In this document: in pieces, positions 10,716 through 21,230 of the stretch
Position numbering within the stretch: the first letter of the stretch is position 1
Layout of the letters: every line of letters begins with the position of its first letter
Assembly (NCBI GenBank): GCA_963744145.1
Contig: CAVUSO010000001.1
Span: 3,744,001 to 3,808,000 of the forward strand
Origin: an uncultured cyanobacterium
GTDB taxonomy: Bacteria > Cyanobacteriota > Cyanobacteriia > Cyanobacteriales > CAWUOF01
Direction of reading: 5' to 3'
Length of the DNA stretch: 64,000 bases
Position numbers and translations under genes: made by a program
The notes under the pieces: model-generated
What the model saw: the letters and a program-made list of their open reading frames with translations, nothing else
Databases searched by the model: none
What the model was told of the DNA's origin: nothing

Positions 10716-13022
10716 ATGAAAATGCCAGCCGAAAATTTAATCTCCTATATTCTCTCTCCTGAGAATTCAGAATTGCGTTTTCTTCCCGATTTTTTAGAGG
10801 GTTTTGATCTCACTCATCAAAAAGTCGCCGTCCTTGCCAGTAACGAATTTGAGGGATTTTCTAAAAACGGTGGTATCGGCACTTATTATACCACATTGAG
10901 CCAAAAATTAGCAGCAGCAGGTTGGTATGTTATCCTCTTACTTTGTCAGAACCAGGATAACTTTCAAGGGAAAGCACAACTACCAAATCTCCATCACATT
11001 TTTTCTACTAGCGAAGTTGAAAAAGTCCTCAATCTTCAACCCATCCACCAAGCAATTTTATCAAAATGCCAAGCCGACTGGCTGATGAAATGGTTTGATT
11101 ATGAAAATTTCTGCTATTTGTTCTTTACTCAAGCCATTGTTGCTACTTTTCCTGAAGCAGTTATTTATCTTGAATTTCCGACAATTTGGGGTTATGGTTA
11201 TCGCACAATTCAAGCCAAAAAATCAGGTATTTTAGGTAATAGTTGTCTGATTGGTGTTACCGATCACGGTGGGTTTGAATGGTTGCGGGAAGTCAATAGT
11301 AAATATATAATAGATAACCCTAAATGGTTTTGGCGGGCTTATCACTACGAACAATATTCTTATGATCATGCTGATTTAGCCTACTTTCCTTCTTACTTTT
11401 TGAAATCAAAAGTAGAAAGCTATGGCTGGAAAACTTCTCATGCTATTCATCTACCTTCTTTTATCCCTTCCTTAGATTTGCCAACAGCAGAAAAAAAACC
11501 AGCAATCAGAATGTCAGTTCCGATTGATGCCAAATTAATCCCACTGGTATTTTTTGGTCGGTTACAGGAGAGAAAAGGACTCTGTACATTTGTAGAAGCC
11601 CTCGAGCAGCTTAACCCCGACATAGCTGAGAAAATTTACATTCTTTTTCTGGGTAGAATTATTCAATTAGAGTCAACTCAGTTGCAAGGTTTGGATAGTC
11701 AGCAATATATTGATAGCAGTTTGTCAGGTAAATTTTCTTACCAGATTTTGTCGGATTTATCCAGCCGAGAAGCCATCGATTTAGTCAGTCAACTCTCGGC
11801 TCCAATTGTCTGTCTTTGCAGCTTACAAGAAAACTTTCCCTATACGGCTTTAGAGATGGGACAGTTAGCCGTGAGTTTAGTAGTTTCTAATACGGGAGGA
11901 TTTCAAGAAACCTTAAATTTAATTGCCAGAACCGATGGGGTACACTGGTTTGAGCCAGAAGACAAATACTCTCTGGTTGATGCTATCAAGGAAGCGATCT
12001 TAGCTTATCCTGAAACGCCAGTCGTTCCTGAGCGCAATTGCTTAGAACAAGTGAATCAAAAATTACTTAACCAAAGGCTTGAATATATGAGTAAAGCATT
12101 TATCCAATCCGCACCAAAAGACACCCAAAATCCCTTGATCACGATTGGTGTGACTTGTTTTATCGATCCGAAAAAATTTTTACATTGCCTCGAAAGTCTA
12201 GCCGTTCAAACTTATCAAAATTTAGAAGTTATTATTCTGTCTGAAACATCCGCTAGTGAATCTATCCAAGCAGCGATCGCTCTGGCGAAGGAGCAATTTC
12301 CGATCTATCAGTTTATCGAACTCAATCTTACTAAAAGTTTAGGAGCGGCTTATAATCAGTTAGTAGCAATGGCAAAGGGAAAATATTTTTTGCAATTTAC
12401 CTCCGATCACATCGCCCTACCTGTGATGGTGGAAAAATTAGTGACAGCAGCTTGTGCATCTGATCCTGTAGCGGTGGTATGTCCAGACATGAAATTAGAC
12501 CAAGACTTGACAGTAATCAACTTGACTGATGGTTCTTTACTCCAGATCTTGGAATTTAATCAAACCCAGGATTTGTGCGCTCTATTTGCCCTGGATTGGT
12601 TGCGAGAGTTTCCCTATTGTGAGGTCAGAGATTTACTAGCTTTAAATTGGCAGATTTTAGCCGCTGCGATCGCCACTGGTCAAGAGATTGCCTACTATCC
12701 CTATCCCCTGTATCTCTCCGACCCCTATTCAGCTTTCGCGATTAACCCGACAAAATTCCCCAAAGAGCGGTATTATTTGCGTCAATACTTATCTCAAATC
12801 GAGGCTGCTCGATGGACTCAACGCCAACTTAATCTTCTCCTCACTTGTGTGGAGCAACTTTGGCAATCGGAGCAAGATAAAAAGCGCTACCAAGCTTTAG
12901 CATCTCAATCCCAAGCTTGGATACAAACAGCACTAGAAACCCAAGACGAACTTGACTTACTCCAAGTGGAACTGCAACAGACACAAGCAGTATTAAAATC
13001 TATTGAAAAGAGTCAGGTTTGA
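10716..13022 (+). CDS. GT4-like glycosyltransferase with C-terminal degenerate GT2-like domain and coiled tail
   Basis: Paralog of the previous N-domain (NGGIGTYY, FFGRLQERKG, ENFPYTALE); CLESLAVQTYQNLEVII. Confidence 0.8.
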   Translation: MKMPAENLISYILSPENSELRFLPDFLEGFDLTHQKVAVLASNEFEGFSKNGGIGTYYTTLSQKLAAAGWYVILLLCQNQDNFQGKAQLPNLHHIFSTSEVEKVLNLQPIHQAILSKCQADWLMKWFDYENFCYLFFTQAIVATFPEAVIYLEFPTIWGYGYRTIQAKKSGILGNSCLIGVTDHGGFEWLREVNSKYIIDNPKWFWRAYHYEQYSYDHADLAYFPSYFLKSKVESYGWKTSHAIHLPSFIPSLDLPTAEKKPAIRMSVPIDAKLIPLVFFGRLQERKGLCTFVEALEQLNPDIAEKIYILFLGRIIQLESTQLQGLDSQQYIDSSLSGKFSYQILSDLSSREAIDLVSQLSAPIVCLCSLQENFPYTALEMGQLAVSLVVSNTGGFQETLNLIARTDGVHWFEPEDKYSLVDAIKEAILAYPETPVVPERNCLEQVNQKLLNQRLEYMSKAFIQSAPKDTQNPLITIGVTCFIDPKKFLHCLESLAVQTYQNLEVIILSETSASESIQAAIALAKEQFPIYQFIELNLTKSLGAAYNQLVAMAKGKYFLQFTSDHIALPVMVEKLVTAACASDPVAVVCPDMKLDQDLTVINLTDGSLLQILEFNQTQDLCALFALDWLREFPYCEVRDLLALNWQILAAAIATGQEIAYYPYPLYLSDPYSAFAINPTKFPKERYYLRQYLSQIEAARWTQRQLNLLLTCVEQLWQSEQDKKRYQALASQSQAWIQTALETQDELDLLQVELQQTQAVLKSIEKSQV

Positions 13023-13072
13023 CATACCCTACTAAACTTATAATTAAGCTACGTCTCGTTAAGAAATAACCT

Positions 13073-13678
13073 ATGACCTACACCCCATCCAAACTACTTA
13101 GTTTCAGCGAGTTTATCGCCCAATACGGGGATAATACAAAGTATGAACTCATGGACGGAGAACTCAGAGAGATGGAACCTACTGGTCCTCATGAAGCGGT
13201 GGCAGGGAGTATTGCTGGTAGAATTTATGTGGAAATTTTTCGTACTAATTGCAATTGGTTGGTGCCAAAAACTTGTTTGATCAAGCCCATATACGCTGAA
13301 GCTACAGCACTACGTCCTGACGTAATTGTTTTAGATCAAACCGAACTTGGTAATGAAACTCTTTGGCAAAAAGAACCAGTGATTTGTAAAGGTAATACCA
13401 TTAAGCTTGTGGCTGAAGTGGTCAGCACTAATTGGCAAGATGATTATGCCAGAAAAGTGGAAGAATACGCTTTTTTGAATATCCCAGAATATTGGATTGT
13501 GGACTTTCGGGGCTTGGGTGGTTGGCAATTTATCGGCAATCCCAAGCAACCTACTTTCACCATCTGTCAGTTAGTTAATGGGGTGTACCAACAGCAACAA
13601 TATCGCTTGGGAGAACCGATTTCTTCTTTCCTGTTTCCAAATTTACAATTGCGACTCGACGATATTATGCCAACCTGA
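13073..13678 (+). CDS. Uma2 family endonuclease (DUF820)
   Basis: YELMDGEL, RPDVIV, LVAEVVSTNWQDDY, IPEYWIVD. Confidence 0.9.
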   Translation: MTYTPSKLLSFSEFIAQYGDNTKYELMDGELREMEPTGPHEAVAGSIAGRIYVEIFRTNCNWLVPKTCLIKPIYAEATALRPDVIVLDQTELGNETLWQKEPVICKGNTIKLVAEVVSTNWQDDYARKVEEYAFLNIPEYWIVDFRGLGGWQFIGNPKQPTFTICQLVNGVYQQQQYRLGEPISSFLFPNLQLRLDDIMPT

Positions 13679-13784
13679 AACTCATCCACAATTAAATTAG
13701 CAGTCTAGACTTGCAAATATTACTGTAAAGTCAGAATACGTACTATAGTATTGGTTAAGTTTATTTGAGTCTTAGGTTAAATTT

Positions 13785-15269
13785 ATGCGTCGATTCTGCC
13801 TGGGGTTAATTTGTTTGCTCCTTTTATGTAGTTGTACCTTACTTGCCCCTCCTTTCTCTTTGAATAAAACCCTAACCATTGCAACTGACCCAGTTTTTCC
13901 TCCCTTTGAGTTTGAGTCATCAGATGGAAAAGTTCAGGGATTCGATCTTGACTTGATCCAAGCGATCGCGAGGGAAGCTAATTTTCAATTTAAGATTGCA
14001 AATTTACCATTTGAGGGGCTAATTCCAGCTTTACAAGCAGGAAAAATTGATCTTGCCATTAGTAATATAGCGATTACTTCTGAACGACAAAAAACTGTTG
14101 ATTTTTCCCAGCCTTATTTTCCCTCTAGATTAGCTATGGCTGTGGCTAGTAATAATAACAGTATTACTAATATAGACGATCTCAAAAATCAAAAAGTTGC
14201 TGTGGCACTTGGCACAGTAGGTGCGGTTTTTGCTAAACAGATACCTGGGGCGATTATTACTACATTTGATTCATTTTATCTGACTATCCAAGCACTACTT
14301 AATGGTAATGTAGCCGCGACAATCCATGATGATCCTGTACTTCGTTATGCGATCAAACGTGCGAATATCCAAGAGATAAAAGTAATTGATAAACCACTAA
14401 ATAAAGGCTATTATTATGGAATTGCCACTCCCAAAAATTCAATCTATTTAGCGAAAATTAATCAAGCTCTGAATGAAATTATTGAAAATGGCATTTATAC
14501 TGAGCTCTATCATAAATGGTTTGATGGTGAACCGCCAAAACTACCGATTGACGCGATCGCTAAGTCCAGCAATTTAACTCCAGAAATTTCGCCTCTTCAA
14601 ATTATTCTCCCTGCTTTACCACTCCTATTTCAAGGAGTTTTAGTCACGCTTTTCCTCACCATTAGTTCCATTATTATCGGTACAATTAGTGGTTCGCTGA
14701 TTGGAATACTTCGTCTATCCCCGTATGGGTTTTTAAGTTTTATTGCCCGGAGCTACATAGATTTTTTTCGGGGGACACCTTTATTAGTCCAAATTTTTAT
14801 GATTTACTTTGGCTTACCTGCATTAGCCCAAAGTTTTGATTTACCAATTACTTTAGCAAGATTACCATCAGCAATTATGGCACTTAGTCTGAATTGCGCT
14901 GCTTATATTGCCGAAATTGTCCGGGGTGGGATTCAATCAATCGATCGAGGACAAACCGAAGCAGCAAAATCTTTAGGTTTAAATCCAGTCCAGACTGTAT
15001 ATCATATCATCTTTCCTCAAGCATTTCGACGAATGCTCCCACCTTTAGGAAATCAATTTATTACAGTCCTAAAAGATACTAGCTTAGTTGCAGTGATTGG
15101 ATTTGAGGAATTATTTCGACATGGACAATTGATTGTTGCTGATAACTATCGCTCTTTTGAAATTTATACAACGGTAGCCTTAATTTATTTATGCTTGACG
15201 ATTGTAGCTTCCCAAGTATTTAGCTTTTGGGAAAAATTGATGAACCCGATTAAAAAATTAGATCAATAA
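13785..15269 (+). CDS. Amino-acid ABC transporter, fused substrate-binding and permease domains (BgtB-like)
   Basis: FPPFEF...GFDLDL SBP_bac_3 region; FRGTPLLVQ and AYIAEIVRGGIQSIDRGQTEAA EAA loop. Confidence 0.9.
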   Translation: MRRFCLGLICLLLLCSCTLLAPPFSLNKTLTIATDPVFPPFEFESSDGKVQGFDLDLIQAIAREANFQFKIANLPFEGLIPALQAGKIDLAISNIAITSERQKTVDFSQPYFPSRLAMAVASNNNSITNIDDLKNQKVAVALGTVGAVFAKQIPGAIITTFDSFYLTIQALLNGNVAATIHDDPVLRYAIKRANIQEIKVIDKPLNKGYYYGIATPKNSIYLAKINQALNEIIENGIYTELYHKWFDGEPPKLPIDAIAKSSNLTPEISPLQIILPALPLLFQGVLVTLFLTISSIIIGTISGSLIGILRLSPYGFLSFIARSYIDFFRGTPLLVQIFMIYFGLPALAQSFDLPITLARLPSAIMALSLNCAAYIAEIVRGGIQSIDRGQTEAAKSLGLNPVQTVYHIIFPQAFRRMLPPLGNQFITVLKDTSLVAVIGFEELFRHGQLIVADNYRSFEIYTTVALIYLCLTIVASQVFSFWEKLMNPIKKLDQ

Positions 15270-15356
15270 AGGTAGGAACATTTTTCCAGGATTATTTAGC
15301 AAAAAAACTCGCTAAGATGAGCTAAAATAATTAAACCTAAAAGAGACCAGGTAGCT

Positions 15357-16466
15357 ATGAAAGTAAAAGCAGCAGTTGCCCATAGTGCTAAACAACCCTT
15401 AACCATAGAAATGGTAGATTTAGCAGGACCAAAAGCAGGTGAAGTTTTAGTAGAAATTAAAGCGACAGGAGTATGTCATACCGATGCTTATACTCTGTCT
15501 GGAGCTGATCCAGAAGGACTATTTCCAGTAATTTTAGGACATGAAGGTGCAGGAATAGTAGTAGAAGTTGGAGCAGAAGTAAAAACTCTGCAAGTCGGAG
15601 ACCATGTAATTCCTCTATATATACCAGAGTGTCGTCAATGTAAATTCTGTCTTTCTGGTAAAACCAATTTATGTCAAGCAATTCGCGAAACCCAAGGAAG
15701 GGGAGTAATGCCCGATGGCACTAGCCGTTTTAGTTTAAATGGCAAAATGCTATATCATTATATGGGAACTTCTACTTTCGCTAATTATACAGTAGTGCCA
15801 GAAATTGCCTTAGCCAAGATTGCCAAAGCAGCACCTTTTGAAAAAGTTTGTCTAATTGGGTGTGGTGTAACTACAGGAATTGGTGCTGTTATTAATACAG
15901 CCAAAGTCCAAGCTGGGGATAATGTGGTAGTATTTGGTTTAGGTGGAGTGGGTTTAAATGTAATTCAAGGTGCCCGATTAGTTGGTGCTAATATGATTAT
16001 TGGGGTAGATATTAACTTAGAAAAAAAAGCGATCGCCGAGAAATTTGGGATGACACATTTCGTTAATCCCCAGGAAATCCAAGGTGATCTAGTTCCCTAT
16101 TTAGTAAACCTAACCGATGGTGGTGCAGATTTTGCTTTTGAATCAATTGGTAATGTCAAAGTCATGCGTCAAGCTTTAGAGTGTTGTCATAAAGGTTGGG
16201 GAACTTGTATCATAATTGGTGTAGCAGGTGCTGGGGAAGAGATTGCTACTCGTCCCTTCCAATTAGTAACTGGACGTACTTGGAAAGGAAGTGCTTTTGG
16301 AGGTGCAAAAGGAAGGAGAGATGTGCCGAAAATTGTTGATTGGTATCTCAATGGTAAGATTATCCTAGACGAGCTAGTTAGTGAAATTATCCCGATTGAT
16401 GAGATTAACCAAGCTTTCGATTTAATGGGTAGAGGTAAGACCATCCGTAGTGTAATTACATTTTGA
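15357..16466 (+). CDS. frmA: S-(hydroxymethyl)glutathione dehydrogenase / class III alcohol dehydrogenase
   Basis: [47 protein letters not shown]. Confidence 0.95.
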   Translation: MKVKAAVAHSAKQPLTIEMVDLAGPKAGEVLVEIKATGVCHTDAYTLSGADPEGLFPVILGHEGAGIVVEVGAEVKTLQVGDHVIPLYIPECRQCKFCLSGKTNLCQAIRETQGRGVMPDGTSRFSLNGKMLYHYMGTSTFANYTVVPEIALAKIAKAAPFEKVCLIGCGVTTGIGAVINTAKVQAGDNVVVFGLGGVGLNVIQGARLVGANMIIGVDINLEKKAIAEKFGMTHFVNPQEIQGDLVPYLVNLTDGGADFAFESIGNVKVMRQALECCHKGWGTCIIIGVAGAGEEIATRPFQLVTGRTWKGSAFGGAKGRRDVPKIVDWYLNGKIILDELVSEIIPIDEINQAFDLMGRGKTIRSVITF

Positions 16467-16523
16467 GTTAGCTTACCATTGATATATACTAACTTATATA
16501 TTCCTTATTTACTATTAGCAAAG

Positions 16524-16868
16524 ATGAAAATTTTGTTGAAATTGTCCTTGCTTACAAGTCTCCTGCTGGTTTCCGAAAATGCTTTCAGCCAACCAGAATT
16601 TCTACCGAACGATCCCAAACGTCCAGTTGATAAAATTAGTCACGATCTCAATATAGAGTCGCGACAGTTCGTCCAATGTTTTGAAAATGTTCACCCAGCA
16701 GAACCAGGTACAAGACCAACATCTGAGCGGGTACATAGTAACAAGATGGTGTTACTAAGCTGTCTACAAAAAGCAAACCCGGATATCACGAACAATAAGT
16801 TGGATGAGGTGATGGACAGATACCGACCAGGAGGTCATGAAGCACAAGAACCGATAGACCATCTGTAG
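16524..16868 (+). CDS. Hypothetical secreted protein with two Cys
   Basis: Signal-peptide-like MKILLKLSLLTSLLLVSENAFS from ATG 16524. Confidence 0.6.
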   Translation: MKILLKLSLLTSLLLVSENAFSQPEFLPNDPKRPVDKISHDLNIESRQFVQCFENVHPAEPGTRPTSERVHSNKMVLLSCLQKANPDITNNKLDEVMDRYRPGGHEAQEPIDHL

Positions 16869-17236
16869 TCATAATTACAAGAATTGGTGTAATTTGCTCA
16901 GGTAGATAGCCTGATCGCTAAACAAGAGAATCAATTTCTTAAGAATTTCTGTTATTTTCAGGACAAAAAGTCACCAAGTGCAACTTTTCGGCTTTTTAGC
17001 AAGGTTTTCGCCTCATTAATGGGACATTGTCCATCTTGACGAGAAGGTAAAGTTAAGCAAAACTAACTCTATGCTGATATTACACTTCAGCATAAAATAA
17101 GTTTTGTTACGTTTTATATCACAATAAATTTATTGGCCAGCATCTAAGCCAGTCGATAAAGAACTTTCGACCTCGTGATCAGGGACATTGACCTGATCGC
17201 TATCTAGTTAGGATTAGCCAACTTTCAAAGAAAAGC

Positions 17237-17446
17237 ATGGAAACCCTAGAGTTTGTGATTTATCCAGATGGCAGAGTACAGGAAAAAGTAACTGGTATTT
17301 CCGGTGCTTCCTGTGCTGAAGTGACAGCTGCAATTGAAGCCCAGCTTGGTCAAGTGCTGAGTCAGGAAATAACATCCGAATTTTTTGCCGCAGAAATTAA
17401 CCCCTCTGTGGCTACAGTTACCCAAGCAACTTGGAGCGAGTGGTAA
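17237..17446 (+). CDS. DUF2997 domain protein
   Basis: METLEFVIYPDGRVQEKVTGI..SCAEVTAAIEAQLG; conserved upstream of ycf35. Confidence 0.85.
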   Translation: METLEFVIYPDGRVQEKVTGISGASCAEVTAAIEAQLGQVLSQEITSEFFAAEINPSVATVTQATWSEW

Positions 17447-17486
17447 ATTTTGTCCATTTAGTGTAAACAGTTCTCCAAAGGTCACT

Positions 17487-17873
17487 ATGTCTCATTTCAG
17501 CAACATCAAAACCCAAATTCGTAACTTGTCTTCCTTAGAAGCTGCTTTGACAGATTTAGGAATTAACTGGAAATCTGGTCCTCACCCAGTCCGGGGTTAT
17601 CGCGGTCAAACTCAAACCGCAGAAGTAGTCATTGAACAAGAAAATGGCTATGATATCGGCTTTAGTTGGAATGGTCAAGAATACGAATTCGTTTCTGATT
17701 TACAATACTGGCAGCAAAATGGCTCGGTAGACCGCTTTCTGAATCGGATCACCCAAAGCTATGCCTATCATACAGTGGTCAATGAAACCACTAAACAAGG
17801 ATTCCAAGTTGCTGAACAACAAAAAAATGAAGATGGTTCTATTCGTTTAGTTCTACAACGTTGGAGCGCATAA
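17487..17873 (+). CDS. ycf35: Ycf35 / DUF1257 protein
   Basis: MSHFSNIKTQIR...VRGYRGQT...DLQYWQQ...GSIRLVLQRW; ATG 17487. Confidence 0.85.
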   Translation: MSHFSNIKTQIRNLSSLEAALTDLGINWKSGPHPVRGYRGQTQTAEVVIEQENGYDIGFSWNGQEYEFVSDLQYWQQNGSVDRFLNRITQSYAYHTVVNETTKQGFQVAEQQKNEDGSIRLVLQRWSA

Positions 17874-18337
17874 TGTCTGATGTTCCTGGATCTGTAACTA
17901 ATCAGGAGCAGAATCCAGAGCGATCGCCCAAGCAACCCACGGGTTTAGAACCTGAACTCGGAGGGATCTGGAGAAATTCCCCTGATCGTTCTGGGTTGGA
18001 ACCGGAATTAGGTGGTGCGTTCCGTCAAAAGGGTGTCTATGTGGATGAACTAACTTGCATTGGTTGTAAGCATTGTTCCCACGTAGCCCGTAATACTTTT
18101 TACATTGAACCAGACTATGGTCGTTCGCGGGTGGTTCGTCAAGATGGCGATCGGGAAGATCTAATTCAAGAAGCGATCGACACTTGTCCAGTGGATTGTA
18201 TTCATTGGGTAGATTACACTGAACTTAAACATCTTGAACAAGAGCGTAAACACCAAGTAATTCCTGTAGTCGGTTTTCCGATTAGCGCAGAAATGGCTCA
18301 CCGTCGGATTCAGAAAGCAAAATATCAGCACCAGTAA
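17873..18337 (+). CDS. Ferredoxin (4Fe-4S/3Fe-4S type)
   Basis: CIGCKHC and AIDTCPVDCIHW; TAATG overlap with the ycf35 stop. Confidence 0.9.
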   Translation: MSDVPGSVTNQEQNPERSPKQPTGLEPELGGIWRNSPDRSGLEPELGGAFRQKGVYVDELTCIGCKHCSHVARNTFYIEPDYGRSRVVRQDGDREDLIQEAIDTCPVDCIHWVDYTELKHLEQERKHQVIPVVGFPISAEMAHRRIQKAKYQHQ

Positions 18338-18363
18338 TGGGAGTAAATTATTTTCTTTCTTGG

Positions 18364-18394
18364 AAAAAAAGGGCTGGATTGAACAGCCCTTTTT
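18364..18394. terminator. Bidirectional intrinsic terminator
   Basis: aaaaaaagggctg-gattgaa-cagcccttttt between convergent genes. Confidence 0.8.
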
Positions 18395-18400
18395 AATTAG

Positions 18401-19084
18401 TTAGTTTGATAAAATCGAAAGTAGCCATAATTGGAGCTGAACATCCCAACCGGAAAGAATCGCGATCGCTGTTAATGATACCATGACCCCTCCAATGCGT
18501 TGTAACATCACTGTATGGGAGCGAAGATTAAGAATTTGTTGGCTAAAAAAACGACTTCCATAAGCGATCGCTAACATTGGTAATGCAGCTCCAATCCCAT
18601 AAATGATCAAGAGGATAAATGCGGAGATCATTGCTTGATTAGATGCAGCTAAAACGAGAATACTAGCTAAAATTGGTCCAGCACAAGGAGTCCAAACTAA
18701 ACCTAATTGAGTACCTAAGCAGAATTCACCCATTAGTCCGATCGGAATAATTTTTTCTAGTCGATGATCGATTTGAATATAACTAAAGAGACGATAGCTC
18801 AATTTCGGAAAAATTGACAGTATTCCCAGACACAACAGTAAGACGATCGCAAATTTATGTAAGCTACTCGACAATCCAATAAACCAACTAGCTGTTATTC
18901 CTAATAGACTACCTGTGACTGCAAAACCTGTAATTAATCCACTCACTAAAGCGATCGGTCCCCAGGGATGAGAATTGAGGGAACGACCAATGATAATGGG
19001 TAAAATTGGTAAAATACAAGGGGAAAAAACTGTCAAAATTCCGGCTAATAGGGCTAACCAAACTGATATATTAGAAATGTTCAT
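18401..19084 (-). CDS. CcdA/DsbD-family transmembrane thiol-disulfide transporter
   Basis: SPCILPILP and WTPCAGPIL motifs; multiple TM helices. Confidence 0.9.
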   Translation of the reverse strand: MNISNISVWLALLAGILTVFSPCILPILPIIIGRSLNSHPWGPIALVSGLITGFAVTGSLLGITASWFIGLSSSLHKFAIVLLLCLGILSIFPKLSYRLFSYIQIDHRLEKIIPIGLMGEFCLGTQLGLVWTPCAGPILASILVLAASNQAMISAFILLIIYGIGAALPMLAIAYGSRFFSQQILNLRSHTVMLQRIGGVMVSLTAIAILSGWDVQLQLWLLSILSN

Positions 19085-19085
19085 C

Positions 19086-19709
19086 TTAACCTAAAAATTT
19101 GCGAATCATCTGTTCAGTTTCTGCATAAGCGTGTTCCCCAATATGATCGTAACGTAAAATCCCTTGACGATCGGCCAAAAATAGATGGGGCCAATACTGA
19201 TTATTGTAAGCATTCCAGGTTTTATATCCATTATCAACAGGAACGGGATAAGTAATTTGATGTTGCGCTAAAGCATTTTTGATATTATTCAAATCTCGTT
19301 CATAACCAAATTCTGGTGTATGTACACCAATTACCTTAAGTCCGTGAGGTGCATAGTCACGATACCAACGGGTAATATAAGGGAGGGTATGTTGACAATT
19401 GATACAAGCAAAAGTCCAAAATTGTAATAAAACCACATTACCTTTAAGACTCGCGATCGTCAAAGGATCAGAATTGAGCCAATCGGTAATTCCTACCAAT
19501 TCCGGTAATTTTTCTCCAGCAGCATCAGGAGGAGGAGCTGGTGAATTATCTGATTTAGCGATCGGAGTAGTTCCAGAAGAAGTAGGAGCATTAACTATTG
19601 ATTTATTTGAGTCTTTCTGGTGAGAGTTAATTCCGATCGCTGTAGCACCAGCAATTCCTAAACCGAAATAAATCATTAGTTTTCTTCTCGTCCATAAAGA
19701 TGTATTCAT
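19086..19709 (-). CDS. Thioredoxin-like redoxin (DipZ C-terminal type) with possible Tat signal
   Basis: FWTFACINC, GVHTPEF, HIGE; N-terminal TRRKL followed by a hydrophobic stretch. Confidence 0.85.
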   Translation of the reverse strand: MNTSLWTRRKLMIYFGLGIAGATAIGINSHQKDSNKSIVNAPTSSGTTPIAKSDNSPAPPPDAAGEKLPELVGITDWLNSDPLTIASLKGNVVLLQFWTFACINCQHTLPYITRWYRDYAPHGLKVIGVHTPEFGYERDLNNIKNALAQHQITYPVPVDNGYKTWNAYNNQYWPHLFLADRQGILRYDHIGEHAYAETEQMIRKFLG

Positions 19710-19736
19710 GAGTTGATTCTCCCTTAATAAAAAAAG

Positions 19737-21215
19737 TTAAATTTGTCGAGGTAAAGTAATACTAAATACACTACCTACACCAAGCTGAGATGATACCATC
19801 ACATTACCTCCCATTGCTTCAACTAAAGTTTTGACGATCGCTAATCCTAAACCATAACCTCCCTGAGAACGAGAACGAGCTTCATCAACCCGGTAAAATC
19901 GCTCGAAAATCCGGGATTGATCTTGTAACGGAATTCCGATCCCGCGATCGCATACTTGAATTTTTGCTTTGGTATGATTTTGGTCTAATTTCAGGATAAT
20001 TGACTGATCAGATTCTGAATATTTAATAGCATTATCCATCAGATTAATCAATACTTGTTTTAAGCGATCGCGATCGGCAATTGCGACAATTTTATTGTTG
20101 GCTTCTATGATTATTGTTCGGTTACTAAATCTTTCTGCCATTCCGCCTAATTCCATCAGCAAATCATTCAGAATTATTGGTTCACTATAGAAATGAATAT
20201 AGCCACTATCAGCTCGTGCTAATTCCAATAAATCTTGAAGTAGACGAATAGTTCGCTCTGCTTCTGATGCGGCAGTTTCTAAAGCTTCTATTTGATAGTT
20301 ATTCAAATTATTGCTACGGCGCAATAGACTTTGTAAATAACCAGAAACTACGGTTAATGGTGTGCGGAGCTCATGGGAAACATTACTAACAAATTGACGT
20401 TGATTTTCCCAAGAATCAGACAGTCGCGATAACATCATATTAAAAGTTTGGGCTAATTCTTTAACCTCCTTTGGTGCATGACTTAATTGTAATTTCGCTT
20501 CCCTTAATTCTTCAGCGGAGATAGTTCCAGCAAGGTGACTCATATCCTGTAAAGGTTGGAGAGATTTTTGAATTCTTAAAGTAATTGCTCCCATCATCAC
20601 TACGATCACTAAAATACAAACAATAGTTAAACCTTCAAGAGCTGCAATTAACTGATGCTGTTCATCAGTAACATCTTGAGACATATAAACTTTGCCTAGC
20701 AATTTACCTTTGATAATTAGGGAACTTTGACATAAAATTAGATAGTGATTACTAACTTGATATACTTGGGGACTGATCGGCATTTCAGCAAGGGACATTA
20801 ATTCGGCTGTAGCAATACTTGAATTATTAAAATCGAGAGATTCAGCTAATAATTTGCCATTGAGATCCTTTACCCATATTAATAAACCAGGAACAGAAAC
20901 ATTATTAATAGTTTTTTGTAACCCAGTTTCTAGAGATAACATTTCACTATAAAGTTCAACATCATGAGGAAAACGATTAGCAATATATTCGACACTTTGA
21001 GTATGAGTGACAATCAGAATTTGTTGCATTTTCCAGCTTGTCCAGATTGCTACACTTCCTAAGCTGAGGATAGATAAAGCTACTACCTCGATCGTGAGAC
21101 GGAACTGAAGAGAAGATAAATCTAGATATCTAGTTTGAAATTGATGGATTCTTTGCCAAAGTCTACTAATTAGTTCCATTGGTAATATATAGTCTGAATT
21201 TAGCTGAAAAATCAA
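19737..21215 (-). CDS. Sensor histidine kinase (HAMP-HisKA-HATPase)
   Basis: SHELRTPL, NLMDNAIKY, DRGIGI, GYGLGLAI; start codon uncertain. Confidence 0.92.
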   Translation of the reverse strand: MIFQLNSDYILPMELISRLWQRIHQFQTRYLDLSSLQFRLTIEVVALSILSLGSVAIWTSWKMQQILIVTHTQSVEYIANRFPHDVELYSEMLSLETGLQKTINNVSVPGLLIWVKDLNGKLLAESLDFNNSSIATAELMSLAEMPISPQVYQVSNHYLILCQSSLIIKGKLLGKVYMSQDVTDEQHQLIAALEGLTIVCILVIVVMMGAITLRIQKSLQPLQDMSHLAGTISAEELREAKLQLSHAPKEVKELAQTFNMMLSRLSDSWENQRQFVSNVSHELRTPLTVVSGYLQSLLRRSNNLNNYQIEALETAASEAERTIRLLQDLLELARADSGYIHFYSEPIILNDLLMELGGMAERFSNRTIIIEANNKIVAIADRDRLKQVLINLMDNAIKYSESDQSIILKLDQNHTKAKIQVCDRGIGIPLQDQSRIFERFYRVDEARSRSQGGYGLGLAIVKTLVEAMGGNVMVSSQLGVGSVFSITLPRQI

Positions 21216-21230
21216 CTAAATTCAGCTTGA

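Noticed and set aside
15357..16868. Complete formaldehyde detoxification operon
   Set aside because: Only frmA is present; the next ORF is not an S-formylglutathione hydrolase
17100..17125. NtcA or CRP site upstream of DUF2997
   Set aside because: tgttacgttttatatcaca fits neither GTA-N8-TAC nor TGTGA-N6-TCACA spacing
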